A stretch of 64,000 nucleotides of DNA, taken from Gammaproteobacteria bacterium. GTDB lineage: Bacteria > Pseudomonadota > Gammaproteobacteria > DSM-16500. Location of the stretch: NCBI GenBank assembly GCA_021156085.1, contig JAJNBC010000014.1:310-64309 (forward strand), given 5' to 3'. The notes beneath the pieces were generated by a model that was not told the DNA's origin, searched no databases, and saw nothing but the letters and a program-made list of their open reading frames with translations. A program made the position numbers and the translations under genes. Below, piece by piece: positions 54,813-64,000 of this stretch (positions are counted from its first letter, which is position 1; each line of letters begins with the position of its first letter).

Positions 54813-56255
54813 TCATTCCTTTTCTGACATAGGCAAAATATCATATTGCTCTTGTACATAAGAGGAGTCTCCTCGTACTTTAATAGGCTTACCAAGTAGC
54901 AGCTCTATTTCAGATAGCATTTTTTCCCCTTTACCAAGAAAATAATCTGCTATCGCGAGGGATACTACAATAAAAAAGCCGGGCCACGGAAAATTTTTAG
55001 CTGTTTGTTGCAACTCTCGTAAAATTTCATAACTCATGGTGTCTATCGATTTCACCGTACCTCGATGCTGACACACAGGACAGGACACACATAAAATCCG
55101 CTCTAGACTTTCGCGAGTGCGTTTACGAGTCATTTGTACTAAACCCAAGCTGGATAACTCGCTGACTTCTATTCTAGCGCTGTCTTTGGCCAAAGCGGCT
55201 GTCAATAGCTGTAATAATTTTGCTTTATGTTCCGAATCGGACATATCAATGAAATCAATAATGATAATTCCACCTAAATTTCGTAATCGAATCTGATGCG
55301 CAATCACGCTAATGGCATCCCTATTAGTTTTGAATATAGTTTCTTCTTGGTTACTACGTCCCAAGAAAGAACCTGTATTCACATCAATCGTTGTCATTGC
55401 TTCAGTTTGATCAAAAATGAGATAGCCGCCAGACTTTAAATATACTTTGCGGTGTAATGCTTTTTGTAACTGTGTTTCTACTGAATAAATATCAAAAATC
55501 GGTTGGTCACTCGCATGATATTCAATGCGGCTCACTAAGCGGGGTACATGCTGCTTGGCAAACTCGCATAATTGAGACACCGCAGCTAATTGATCAACTC
55601 GAATTCTTGCAATAGAATCTGGGACAGTATCACGCAATAAACGTAATTCCATAGGGATTTCCGCATACACCAATTCACCCACCTTGGCTTGTTGGCTACG
55701 AGCTACAATTTGCGTCCATTTAACCGGTAATAATTTTCCTTCCATTATAATATCCTCTGACGCGGCTGAGGCTGCTGCAGTACGGAAGATATAGCCCCCT
55801 GCTGCATCAGGCATCAAGATCTGCATCAAGCGGGCACGTTGAAATTCATTGGTAATTTTTTGAGAAATAACAAGCTGCTGGGTGCCGGGGACAAACACCA
55901 GATAACGCCCAGGCAAGGAAAACTGAGTAGTCACACGCACCCCTTTAGAGCCTAGCGAATCCTTATAAACTTGAACTAGAATTTCTTGGCCTTGTTTCAA
56001 TACATCCCGAATATCTCCCTTAGCTGCTGGATTTTGTATATCACTCACATGTAAAAATGCGGCTCTTTCTAATCCAATATCAATAAAGGCTGCTTGAATG
56101 CCAGGCAATACACGATGCACCTTACCTTTATAAAAATTGCCTAATAATCCCTGTTTTAAGCGACGTTCAATATGAATTTCCTGGAGAATACCCTCTTCTA
56201 TAAGGGCAGCTCGTACTTCGTGAGGGGTGATGTTAAGAAGGATTTCTTGTGTCAT
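54813..56255 (-). CDS. rng: Ribonuclease G
   Basis: RNase E/G family S1 + catalytic domain. Start set at MTQEILLNITPHEVRAAL (the ORF extends 28 codons further upstream, overlapping mreD). Confidence 0.8.
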   Translation of the reverse strand: MTQEILLNITPHEVRAALIEEGILQEIHIERRLKQGLLGNFYKGKVHRVLPGIQAAFIDIGLERAAFLHVSDIQNPAAKGDIRDVLKQGQEILVQVYKDSLGSKGVRVTTQFSLPGRYLVFVPGTQQLVISQKITNEFQRARLMQILMPDAAGGYIFRTAAASAASEDIIMEGKLLPVKWTQIVARSQQAKVGELVYAEIPMELRLLRDTVPDSIARIRVDQLAAVSQLCEFAKQHVPRLVSRIEYHASDQPIFDIYSVETQLQKALHRKVYLKSGGYLIFDQTEAMTTIDVNTGSFLGRSNQEETIFKTNRDAISVIAHQIRLRNLGGIIIIDFIDMSDSEHKAKLLQLLTAALAKDSARIEVSELSSLGLVQMTRKRTRESLERILCVSCPVCQHRGTVKSIDTMSYEILRELQQTAKNFPWPGFFIVVSLAIADYFLGKGEKMLSEIELLLGKPIKVRGDSSYVQEQYDILPMSEKE

Positions 56256-56728
56256 TATGCATACGTCCAACCACGTAAAATACTGCAAACCCAAGGCCAC
56301 AATAACATGCTCGTCAATGAGCAAGACCAATACAGCCAACTAGAAGGAAGTATGCCTAAAAAACCCTGGATACAAAATAAAATACCTTGATATAGCAAAA
56401 CAAAAAGAAAAATTATCATGCTTTGTTGCAATAAAGCGAACATCCTTAAACGGCTATGTACTCTTGTCACAAGATAAATAACAAGAATTAAAGCCAGCGC
56501 ATGCTCGCCTAGTAATGTGCCTTGTAGCACATCTAAAAAAATACCCGCAATACAAGCACAACCTATGTTAATACGCTCGGGCGCAGCAATGACCCAATAA
56601 ACCAGAATCATTAACACCCATGCAGGACTTAACCAAACTGCCCAACTGGGTAAAGGTAATAAAGTCAAAATGAATGCTATCAGAAATGAGATAAGAATAA
56701 TAAATCCCTTTCTATGCACTTCTATCAT
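56255..56728 (-). CDS. mreD: Rod shape-determining protein MreD
   Basis: 157-aa polytopic membrane protein following mreC. Confidence 0.75.
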   Translation of the reverse strand: MIEVHRKGFIILISFLIAFILTLLPLPSWAVWLSPAWVLMILVYWVIAAPERINIGCACIAGIFLDVLQGTLLGEHALALILVIYLVTRVHSRLRMFALLQQSMIIFLFVLLYQGILFCIQGFLGILPSSWLYWSCSLTSMLLWPWVCSILRGWTYA

Positions 56729-57507
56729 AATTTGACTCGATTAGTTGGCCATACTAATAATACACCCCGACTTCTATCAAGATGAGCTGCAGGCGCGACG
56801 GCAATCATTGCAAACTGCAATCCAGGATCTTTGTTGACAGTCGTCACTTGCCCTACGGGGTAACCTTCTGGAAAATGTTCTCCTAAGCCCGACGTCATCA
56901 AGATATCGCCACTACGAATATCTGCTGTTTGGGGAACGTTCAGCAACCGTAATTTATCCGAATAAGCATCTCCCACCGCAATAGCACGCACACCATTGCG
57001 TGCAACTTGTACTGCTATTCCACTATGAACATCATTAATTAATAAGACCCGACTAGTTAGTAAATCTACTTGAGTAACTTGACCCATTACTCCATTCGCA
57101 TCTAATACAGGCTGCCCTACAAATACATTATCACGGCTTCCTTTATCTACGATCACCTGTTTAAGAAAAGGGTCAGCAGAAACCGCTAGCAATTGTGCAA
57201 TAATAATTTTATTTTGAAATTGAGTAGCCGAACGCATCAATGCCTTGAGCTGATTATTTTCGAGTTCAATAGCTAATAAACGCTGGACTTGGGCACGAAG
57301 CCTAAGTTGTTCCACTTTTAAATCTAAGTTTTCTCGTACAAGTGAATCATGGGTATTCAGGGTGTCATGCAGCTTATCAAATAACTCAATAGGCCAACTA
57401 ACGACATATTGCAAAGAAGCAAGGGGCACCGAAAGAACAGTGCGGATTTGAGTAATTGCAGCCACATGCTTATCAAAAACCATAAGGGCGATAGCAAATA
57501 CCAGCAA
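56725..57507 (-). CDS. mreC: Rod shape-determining protein MreC
   Basis: N-terminal TM + coiled coil + β-rich C-terminus. Between mreB and mreD. Confidence 0.8.
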   Translation of the reverse strand: MLVFAIALMVFDKHVAAITQIRTVLSVPLASLQYVVSWPIELFDKLHDTLNTHDSLVRENLDLKVEQLRLRAQVQRLLAIELENNQLKALMRSATQFQNKIIIAQLLAVSADPFLKQVIVDKGSRDNVFVGQPVLDANGVMGQVTQVDLLTSRVLLINDVHSGIAVQVARNGVRAIAVGDAYSDKLRLLNVPQTADIRSGDILMTSGLGEHFPEGYPVGQVTTVNKDPGLQFAMIAVAPAAHLDRSRGVLLVWPTNRVKL

Positions 57508-57589
57508 AAGAAATAATCGAAAACTCGATTGGGAATCCTGAGTGAAAATAGGTTTGATGGCAGACCCTCCTCTATAAAATACCTAGGGC

Positions 57590-58726
<1,137 letters not shown>

Positions 58727-58803
58727 CTAGCAGTAGCATAATAAAGCCCGTCGGCATTATAATTGTCCCCCTTCGACATTCGGATAATTTGGAGTCCCCT
58801 TAC

Positions 58804-59112
58804 ATGTCACTCACTGCAGACGATGTAAAAAAAATTGCACATCTTGCTCGATTAAGCCTACCTGAAGAAGAAGTAGCTCTTTATATGCAGCAACTCTCTC
58901 CCATTTTGCATTTTGTTAAACAAATGAACCAAGCTGACACTAGCCAAGTTGAGCCTTTAAGCAACCCTTTAGATCTCAGCCAACCCTTGCGTCCTGATAA
59001 AGTCACGGAACCCAATCAGCGTACCGCTTTCCAAGCTATTGCGCCCCAAGTGGAAGCTGGGTTGTATTTAGTACCTCAAGTTATGGAAGGTGAAGATAAT
59101 TATGTTGAATAA
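58804..59112 (+). CDS. gatC: Glu-tRNA(Gln) amidotransferase subunit C
   Basis: Small protein preceding gat[14 protein letters not shown] typical. Confidence 0.8.
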   Translation: MSLTADDVKKIAHLARLSLPEEEVALYMQQLSPILHFVKQMNQADTSQVEPLSNPLDLSQPLRPDKVTEPNQRTAFQAIAPQVEAGLYLVPQVMEGEDNYVE

Positions 59113-60553
59113 AAGTATCGCTGAGTTAAACCATGCCTTACACACAAAAAAAATATCAAGCGTTGAATTAACGCAATTTTTTCTTGGACGTATCAAACAA
59201 TTTGATACAGAGCTCAATAGCTTTATTACGGTGACTGAAGAGCAGGCATTACAAGCCGCGGCAAGAGCAGATGCGCAATTGGCCCAAGGTACAGCGGGCC
59301 CTCTCGCCGGTATTCCCATTGCGCAAAAGGACATTTTTTGCACACAAGGTGTTAAAACTAGTTGCGGCTCTAAAATGCTCGATAATTTTATTGCACCTTA
59401 CGATGCAACAGTAGTTAAGCGCTTTAATGCCGCAGGGATGGTGATGCTCGGCAAAACCAATATGGATGAATTTGCAATGGGTTCATCTAACGAAAATAGC
59501 TATTACGGACCTGTAAAAAATCCATGGCACTTAGGCTATGTACCCGGCGGCTCCTCAGGCGGATCGGCGGCCGCAGTGGCTGCTCAGTTAACACCTGCCG
59601 CCACAGGCACAGATACAGGCGGCTCCATTCGACAACCTGCTGCACTCTGCGGCATTTCAGGTATCAAACCCACTTATGGCCGTGTATCACGGTATGGCAT
59701 GATCGCATTTGCTTCTAGCTTGGATCAAGGCGGTCTTTTTGCAAAAACAGCAGAAGACCTCGCTTGGCTTTTAAATGTAATGGCAGGATTTGATGAGAAT
59801 GATTCAACAAGTGTGGCCCACGATGTGCCCGATTATACCCTCACATTAAATGATTCATTAAAGGGATTGCGCATTGGTTTACCTAAAGAATTTTTCAACC
59901 CATCCTTAGATAAAGAAATTGCTAATGCCATTCAAGCAGCAATTAAAGAATATGAAAAATTGGGTGCAACTTTTCATGAAATTAGCTTGCCTAATACCGC
60001 GCTTTCCATTCCTGCCTATTATGTTATTGCACCTGCGGAATGTTCTTCAAATTTAGCGCGGTTTGATGGCGTACGCTATGGGCATCGCTGCAAAAATCCC
60101 CACGATTTGGAGGATCTTTATAAACGTTCACGCAGTGAAGGATTTGGCAAAGAAGTCGTGCGCCGTATCATGATTGGAACGTATGCTTTATCTACTGGAT
60201 ACTACGATGCTTATTATATTAAAGCACAAAAAATCCGCCGTCTGGTACGCCAAGACTTCGATGATGCTTTTAAAAAAGTGGATGTCATCTTAGGTCCAAC
60301 CACACCTACACCGGCATTTAAATTGGGAGAGAAAACCAGCGATCCCCTCAGCATGTATTTGTCGGATATTTATACGATCGCAGTGAATCTTGCGGGATTA
60401 CCTGGTATATCTGTTCCGGTAGGCTTTATACAAGGGCTACCTATTGGCATGCAATTAATAGGCCATTCTTTTAAAGAAGCGCGATTACTCAATACCGCAC
60501 ATGTTTATCAAAAAGCAACGGATTGGCATACTAAAAAACCGGAGGGCTTTTAA
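59090..60553 (+). CDS. gatA: Glu-tRNA(Gln) amidotransferase subunit A (amidase)
   Basis: Amidase signature [13 protein letters not shown]…[12 protein letters not shown]. Confidence 0.9.
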   Translation: MKIIMLNKSIAELNHALHTKKISSVELTQFFLGRIKQFDTELNSFITVTEEQALQAAARADAQLAQGTAGPLAGIPIAQKDIFCTQGVKTSCGSKMLDNFIAPYDATVVKRFNAAGMVMLGKTNMDEFAMGSSNENSYYGPVKNPWHLGYVPGGSSGGSAAAVAAQLTPAATGTDTGGSIRQPAALCGISGIKPTYGRVSRYGMIAFASSLDQGGLFAKTAEDLAWLLNVMAGFDENDSTSVAHDVPDYTLTLNDSLKGLRIGLPKEFFNPSLDKEIANAIQAAIKEYEKLGATFHEISLPNTALSIPAYYVIAPAECSSNLARFDGVRYGHRCKNPHDLEDLYKRSRSEGFGKEVVRRIMIGTYALSTGYYDAYYIKAQKIRRLVRQDFDDAFKKVDVILGPTTPTPAFKLGEKTSDPLSMYLSDIYTIAVNLAGLPGISVPVGFIQGLPIGMQLIGHSFKEARLLNTAHVYQKATDWHTKKPEGF

Positions 60554-60554
60554 T

Positions 60555-61988
60555 ATGGAATGGGAAACCGTCATTGGCTTGGAAGTGCATGTACAGCTCG
60601 CCACTCAAAGTAAAATTTTTTCGGGAGCATCTACTGCCTTTGGTGCAGAGCCGAATACCCAAGCTTGCGCTATTGATCTGGGTTTTCCAGGAGTATTACC
60701 AGTATTAAATGCTGAAGTGGTCACGATGGCTATTAAACTAGGCTTAGGCATTCAGGCTGAAATTGCCAAACAGTCTGTATTTGCACGTAAAAATTATTTT
60801 TATCCTGATTTACCTAAAGGTTATCAAATTAGTCAACATACTATACCTATTGTGAAAGGAGGCCATTTAGATATTTCACTAGAAGATGGCTCGACTAAAC
60901 GCATACGTATTACGCGGGCCCATTTGGAAGAAGATGCTGGTAAATCTTTGCATGAAGATTTTCATGGTATGTCAGGTATTGATTTAAACCGAGCAGGTAC
61001 CCCTTTGTTAGAAATTGTTTCGGAACCCGATATACGCTCTGCTAAAGAAGCCGTGGCTTACTTAAAAAACCTTCATTCTCTCGTGCGTTATTTAGGTATT
61101 TGTGATGGTAATATGCAAGAAGGTTCTTTTCGTTGCGATGCAAATGTATCTATACGCCCCCAAGGCGATTTACATTTTGGCACGCGCACCGAATTAAAAA
61201 ATATTAATTCTTTCCGCTACGTAGAACGGGCCATTCAATATGAAGTGGAACGTCAAATTGCTTTAGTGGAAAGCGGCGGTAAAGTGAAACAAGAAACCCG
61301 TCTCTTTGACCCTGCTAAAAATGAAACGCGCGCCATGCGTAGCAAAGAAGAAGCAGATGATTACCGTTATTTTCCTGATCCTGACTTATTACCTGTGCGC
61401 ATCACAGAAAAACAAATTGAAGAAATACGCCAGCATTTGCCGGAGCTTCCTCAACAGAAACACCAACGCTTCATGGAGCAATATGGCTTAAACACCTATG
61501 ATGCCACTGTACTCGTTAGCTCCGGCGCTCTTGCTGATTATTTCGAAGCAGCCGTTATTGCTTCTGGGAACCAAACCAAATTAACAGCTAATTGGGTAAC
61601 AGGGGAATTATCTGCCGCACTCAATAAATTTGATATGGAAATTACACAGAGCCCAGTGATTGCCACAGAATTAGGTAAGTTGGTATTACGTATTGCCGAC
61701 AATACCATTTCTGGAAAAATTGCCAAAACTATTTTTGAAAGCCTATGGAACCAGCAAGGCACGGTAGATGACATTATTGAAAAACAAGGATTAAAGCAAG
61801 TGACAGATAGCGCTGCCATTGAAGCATTGGTGGATAAAATCCTCGCTGCCAATCCAGATCAAGTTGCTGACTACCGTTCAGGCAAAGATAAATTATTTGG
61901 ATTTTTTGTAGGGCAAGCAATGAAAGAATCAGGAGGAAAGATTAACCCCCAACAGTTAAATGAGTTGCTGAAGAAAAAACTTCAATAG
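60555..61988 (+). CDS. gatB: Glu-tRNA(Gln) amidotransferase subunit B
   Basis: [16 protein letters not shown]-terminus. GatB/YqeY C-terminal domain. Start immediately after the gatA stop. Confidence 0.9.
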   Translation: MEWETVIGLEVHVQLATQSKIFSGASTAFGAEPNTQACAIDLGFPGVLPVLNAEVVTMAIKLGLGIQAEIAKQSVFARKNYFYPDLPKGYQISQHTIPIVKGGHLDISLEDGSTKRIRITRAHLEEDAGKSLHEDFHGMSGIDLNRAGTPLLEIVSEPDIRSAKEAVAYLKNLHSLVRYLGICDGNMQEGSFRCDANVSIRPQGDLHFGTRTELKNINSFRYVERAIQYEVERQIALVESGGKVKQETRLFDPAKNETRAMRSKEEADDYRYFPDPDLLPVRITEKQIEEIRQHLPELPQQKHQRFMEQYGLNTYDATVLVSSGALADYFEAAVIASGNQTKLTANWVTGELSAALNKFDMEITQSPVIATELGKLVLRIADNTISGKIAKTIFESLWNQQGTVDDIIEKQGLKQVTDSAAIEALVDKILAANPDQVADYRSGKDKLFGFFVGQAMKESGGKINPQQLNELLKKKLQ

Positions 61989-62123
61989 ACTTAGATTTTA
62001 AAAACCCATATGATATATTGAATCCAGCACTAGATAGAATAGCTATTTTAAAAATCTAGTTAGGTAGTGTAAAAAGATGATGCGTTTTAATGAACTTTTT
62101 ATTAATTATTAAGGAATTTAAAA

Positions 62124-62822
62124 ATGAAAAAATATCGGTGCTCCTTATTGTTTTTACTCTTTTTAATTTCTCCTTTGACACATTCAGCCTCAGAAAAGAA
62201 TGCAATGCCTAAATTCATAGGAGAGATTACTCCCATTCCCGCAAATACCCAAGAAATCATGAAAAAATATACTTGGAAACCAGGCTGTCCTGTTCCATTG
62301 AATGATCTAGCCCAAGTCAAATTATCTTATTGGGGCTTTGATCAAAAAACTCATCAAGGTATTTTAATTGTAAATAAAGTGCTAGCAGCTGAAGTGGTAA
62401 GTATATTTAAGGCAGCTTATTACCGTAAATTCCCCATTGAGCGAATGGAGCTCATGGATGAATTTAAAGGTGATGATGACGCTGCAATGGCGGTCAACAA
62501 TAGCTCGGCATTTAATTGCCGGCCTATAACAGGAAAACCAGGTGTTTTTTCTCAGCATAGCTATGGTCGAGCAATTGACATTAATACATTAATTAATCCC
62601 TATGTGAAAGGTGAAAAAATATTACCGCCAGAAGGGGAAAAATATGTTGATAGAACTCAACCTTACCCAGGAAAAATTACAAAAGAGGGCTTCCTTTATA
62701 ACGAATTCACCAAACGGGGTTGGGATTGGGGCGGAAATTGGCATGATCTACAGGATTATCAACATTTCGAGAAAAGAGCAAATAACGAAAGAAGAAATCC
62801 AGATGGCGGTGATTCACCCTAG
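62124..62822 (+). CDS. Secreted M15-family (VanY-like) D-Ala-D-Ala carboxypeptidase / peptidoglycan peptidase
   Basis: Signal peptide. SQHSYGRAIDIN zinc-binding motif. Confidence 0.6.
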   Translation: MKKYRCSLLFLLFLISPLTHSASEKNAMPKFIGEITPIPANTQEIMKKYTWKPGCPVPLNDLAQVKLSYWGFDQKTHQGILIVNKVLAAEVVSIFKAAYYRKFPIERMELMDEFKGDDDAAMAVNNSSAFNCRPITGKPGVFSQHSYGRAIDINTLINPYVKGEKILPPEGEKYVDRTQPYPGKITKEGFLYNEFTKRGWDWGGNWHDLQDYQHFEKRANNERRNPDGGDSP

Positions 62823-63164
62823 CTTATGCAAAAAGCTGTCATCCTGAGCGCCAGCATTCTCCTGCTGGCCGGTTTTAATCGGGTTAAATTATTGAACGTC
62901 CTTGAGGAAGAGAGAGTGCGTTTATCAAACCCGATTGACCGGTGGCTCACGACCCAATGTTTGGCCAAGAGCGATTACGGAAGTCATTTCTCCGAGAGAA
63001 TCACTACATTCAACCCCACCTGACTACTTTCAAAACCTTTTGGAGAGTCGCATTACGCGCAAAAGTCAAAATACGGCCTGGGGGGCGGGGCTAGCTAGAT
63101 AAGATAAAATGGGAAAACCTAAACAGCACTCTACTTTTAGGAAAATTTGTTAAGGATTTTCCTG

Positions 63165-63295
63165 AGGATCAGTTGACAATTCTAGTATGCCGGCTGTAAC
63201 CCTTTGATTTTTTGTGCTCCGATGCTCATTGACTTACAGCGCTGCTCAAAAATCAAAGCGTTTCCTCTCGGCCTAGCGAATTGTCAACTAATCCT
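63165..63295. repeat. Palindromic MITE/REP-like element, copy 2 (terminal inverted repeats GGATCAGTTGACAATTCTAG … CTAGCGAATTGTCAACTAATCC with nested hairpin CTTTGATTTTT…AAAAATCAAAG)
   Basis: Shares the TTGACAATTC(G/T)CTAG core with the element at 18152..18231. Confidence 0.5.
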
Positions 63296-63440
63296 AAGTT
63301 AATATCCTGGCATGAACGATTACAAATTTTCCACACATTTTAAGCAAAAAATGGTATAATTTGGCCCGCACGGCTGGCTAAAACGTTAAATTATTGAACA
63401 AATCGCAGGAGCAAAATTACAAAATGAGAGGAACGCATCT

Positions 63441-64000
63441 ATGCTGAGCTCATCTGCCTCCCCCGACGAGGCGAGCGAAATATATGCTTTGCGCATACGA
63501 GAACTCGTAAGTAAAAATGAAGATATTGAGGGGGCTAAAAAAGCTATACAGATTATCGTCTTTATAATTAACCATATTGAGTCGATTACTTCTTCGCGAC
63601 CTGCAGATCAATATTGTCTTCCTGAAGCGCTAGCCCAATCACCCTCTCTCAGCTATTTAGAACAATACTCAAAAAAGCTGAATTTTTTTAGAATAAATAT
63701 CGAATCTTCACAGAATTATAAAGAAGGCTGCGAAACTCATATACACTTCACTTGTTCACAGAATTATCTGGAAATTAGAACTCCATTAAAAAATCGCTTG
63801 CTGGTATTTCTAGAACACTTTTACTTCTTTATTCCAAATGAAACTTTATCTCTCCTAGGGCTACCGAACGTACTACTAGATATCATTAGAGGGTATGCTA
63901 GCTACAATGGCATTCGGTTAAGCATTGCTGCTTCTCCATTTAGTGTAAATTTTATTAGAGCATCTTGGAAAATGGCGGCCAGGCCTTATTTTTTGTCTCA
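63441..64000 (+). CDS. Hypothetical protein, 5' partial (runs off the window end)
   Basis: Open frame from ATG 63441 with no stop to position 64000 (manual translation). Confidence 0.4.
   Translation, partial: MLSSSASPDEASEIYALRIRELVSKNEDIEGAKKAIQIIVFIINHIESITSSRPADQYCLPEALAQSPSLSYLEQYSKKLNFFRINIESSQNYKEGCETHIHFTCSQNYLEIRTPLKNRLLVFLEHFYFFIPNETLSLLGLPNVLLDIIRGYASYNGIRLSIAASPFSVNFIRASWKMAARPYFLS

Noticed and set aside
62850-62871. Short hairpin GCCAGCA-loop-TGCTGGC after the M15 peptidase gene
   Set aside because: 7-bp stem without a T tract. Weak as an intrinsic terminator. Overlaps small ORF 62826..63023, which is probably non-coding.

Overview
This window looks like an AT-rich gammaproteobacterial chromosome segment, with gene content suggesting Legionellales (tentative, from sequence alone). 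It splits into two parts.

Positions ~1-19,000 are an accessory region of patchwork origin. It carries decayed mobile-element remnants (an IS5-family transposase pseudogene, a P4-type integrase remnant, an IS481/IS3-like tail and an HTH fragment). It has two cI/LexA-like XRE+S24 repressors and an XRE regulator with a perfect palindromic operator. It holds a three-gene putative signalling module: a heme-oxygenase-like helical enzyme, a six-TM CqsS/LqsS-type sensor kinase and an LqsR-like receiver protein. There is a LuxR-HTH/HisKA chimeric protein and a small 2H-phosphoesterase-like protein. Several eukaryotic-like or secreted proteins (ankyrin, long coiled-coil, Cys-rich secreted) and a palindromic MITE-like repeat are also present.

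Positions ~19,000-62,000 are a conserved housekeeping backbone. In order: lpxK-msbA, dapD-dapE, tRNA-Ser, SRP RNA (ffs), dnaX-ybaB-recR, a secreted PLD, a purine permease, apaG, mpl, a PAS histidine kinase with a NarL/FixJ regulator, pfp, mrp, dcd, an SPFH protein, ihfB, DUF2066-perM-hda, eno-ftsB-surE-nlpD-rpoS, metG, a ferredoxin, yhdP-rng-mreDCB and gatCAB. A second copy of the palindromic repeat and a partial ORF lie at the 3' end.

No CRISPR arrays or rRNA genes were seen. The most promising undescribed system is the HDO-enzyme / CqsS-like kinase / LqsR-like receiver cluster at 5437-8822. It lacks the CqsA/LqsA-type synthase and is flanked by autoproteolytic-type repressors.
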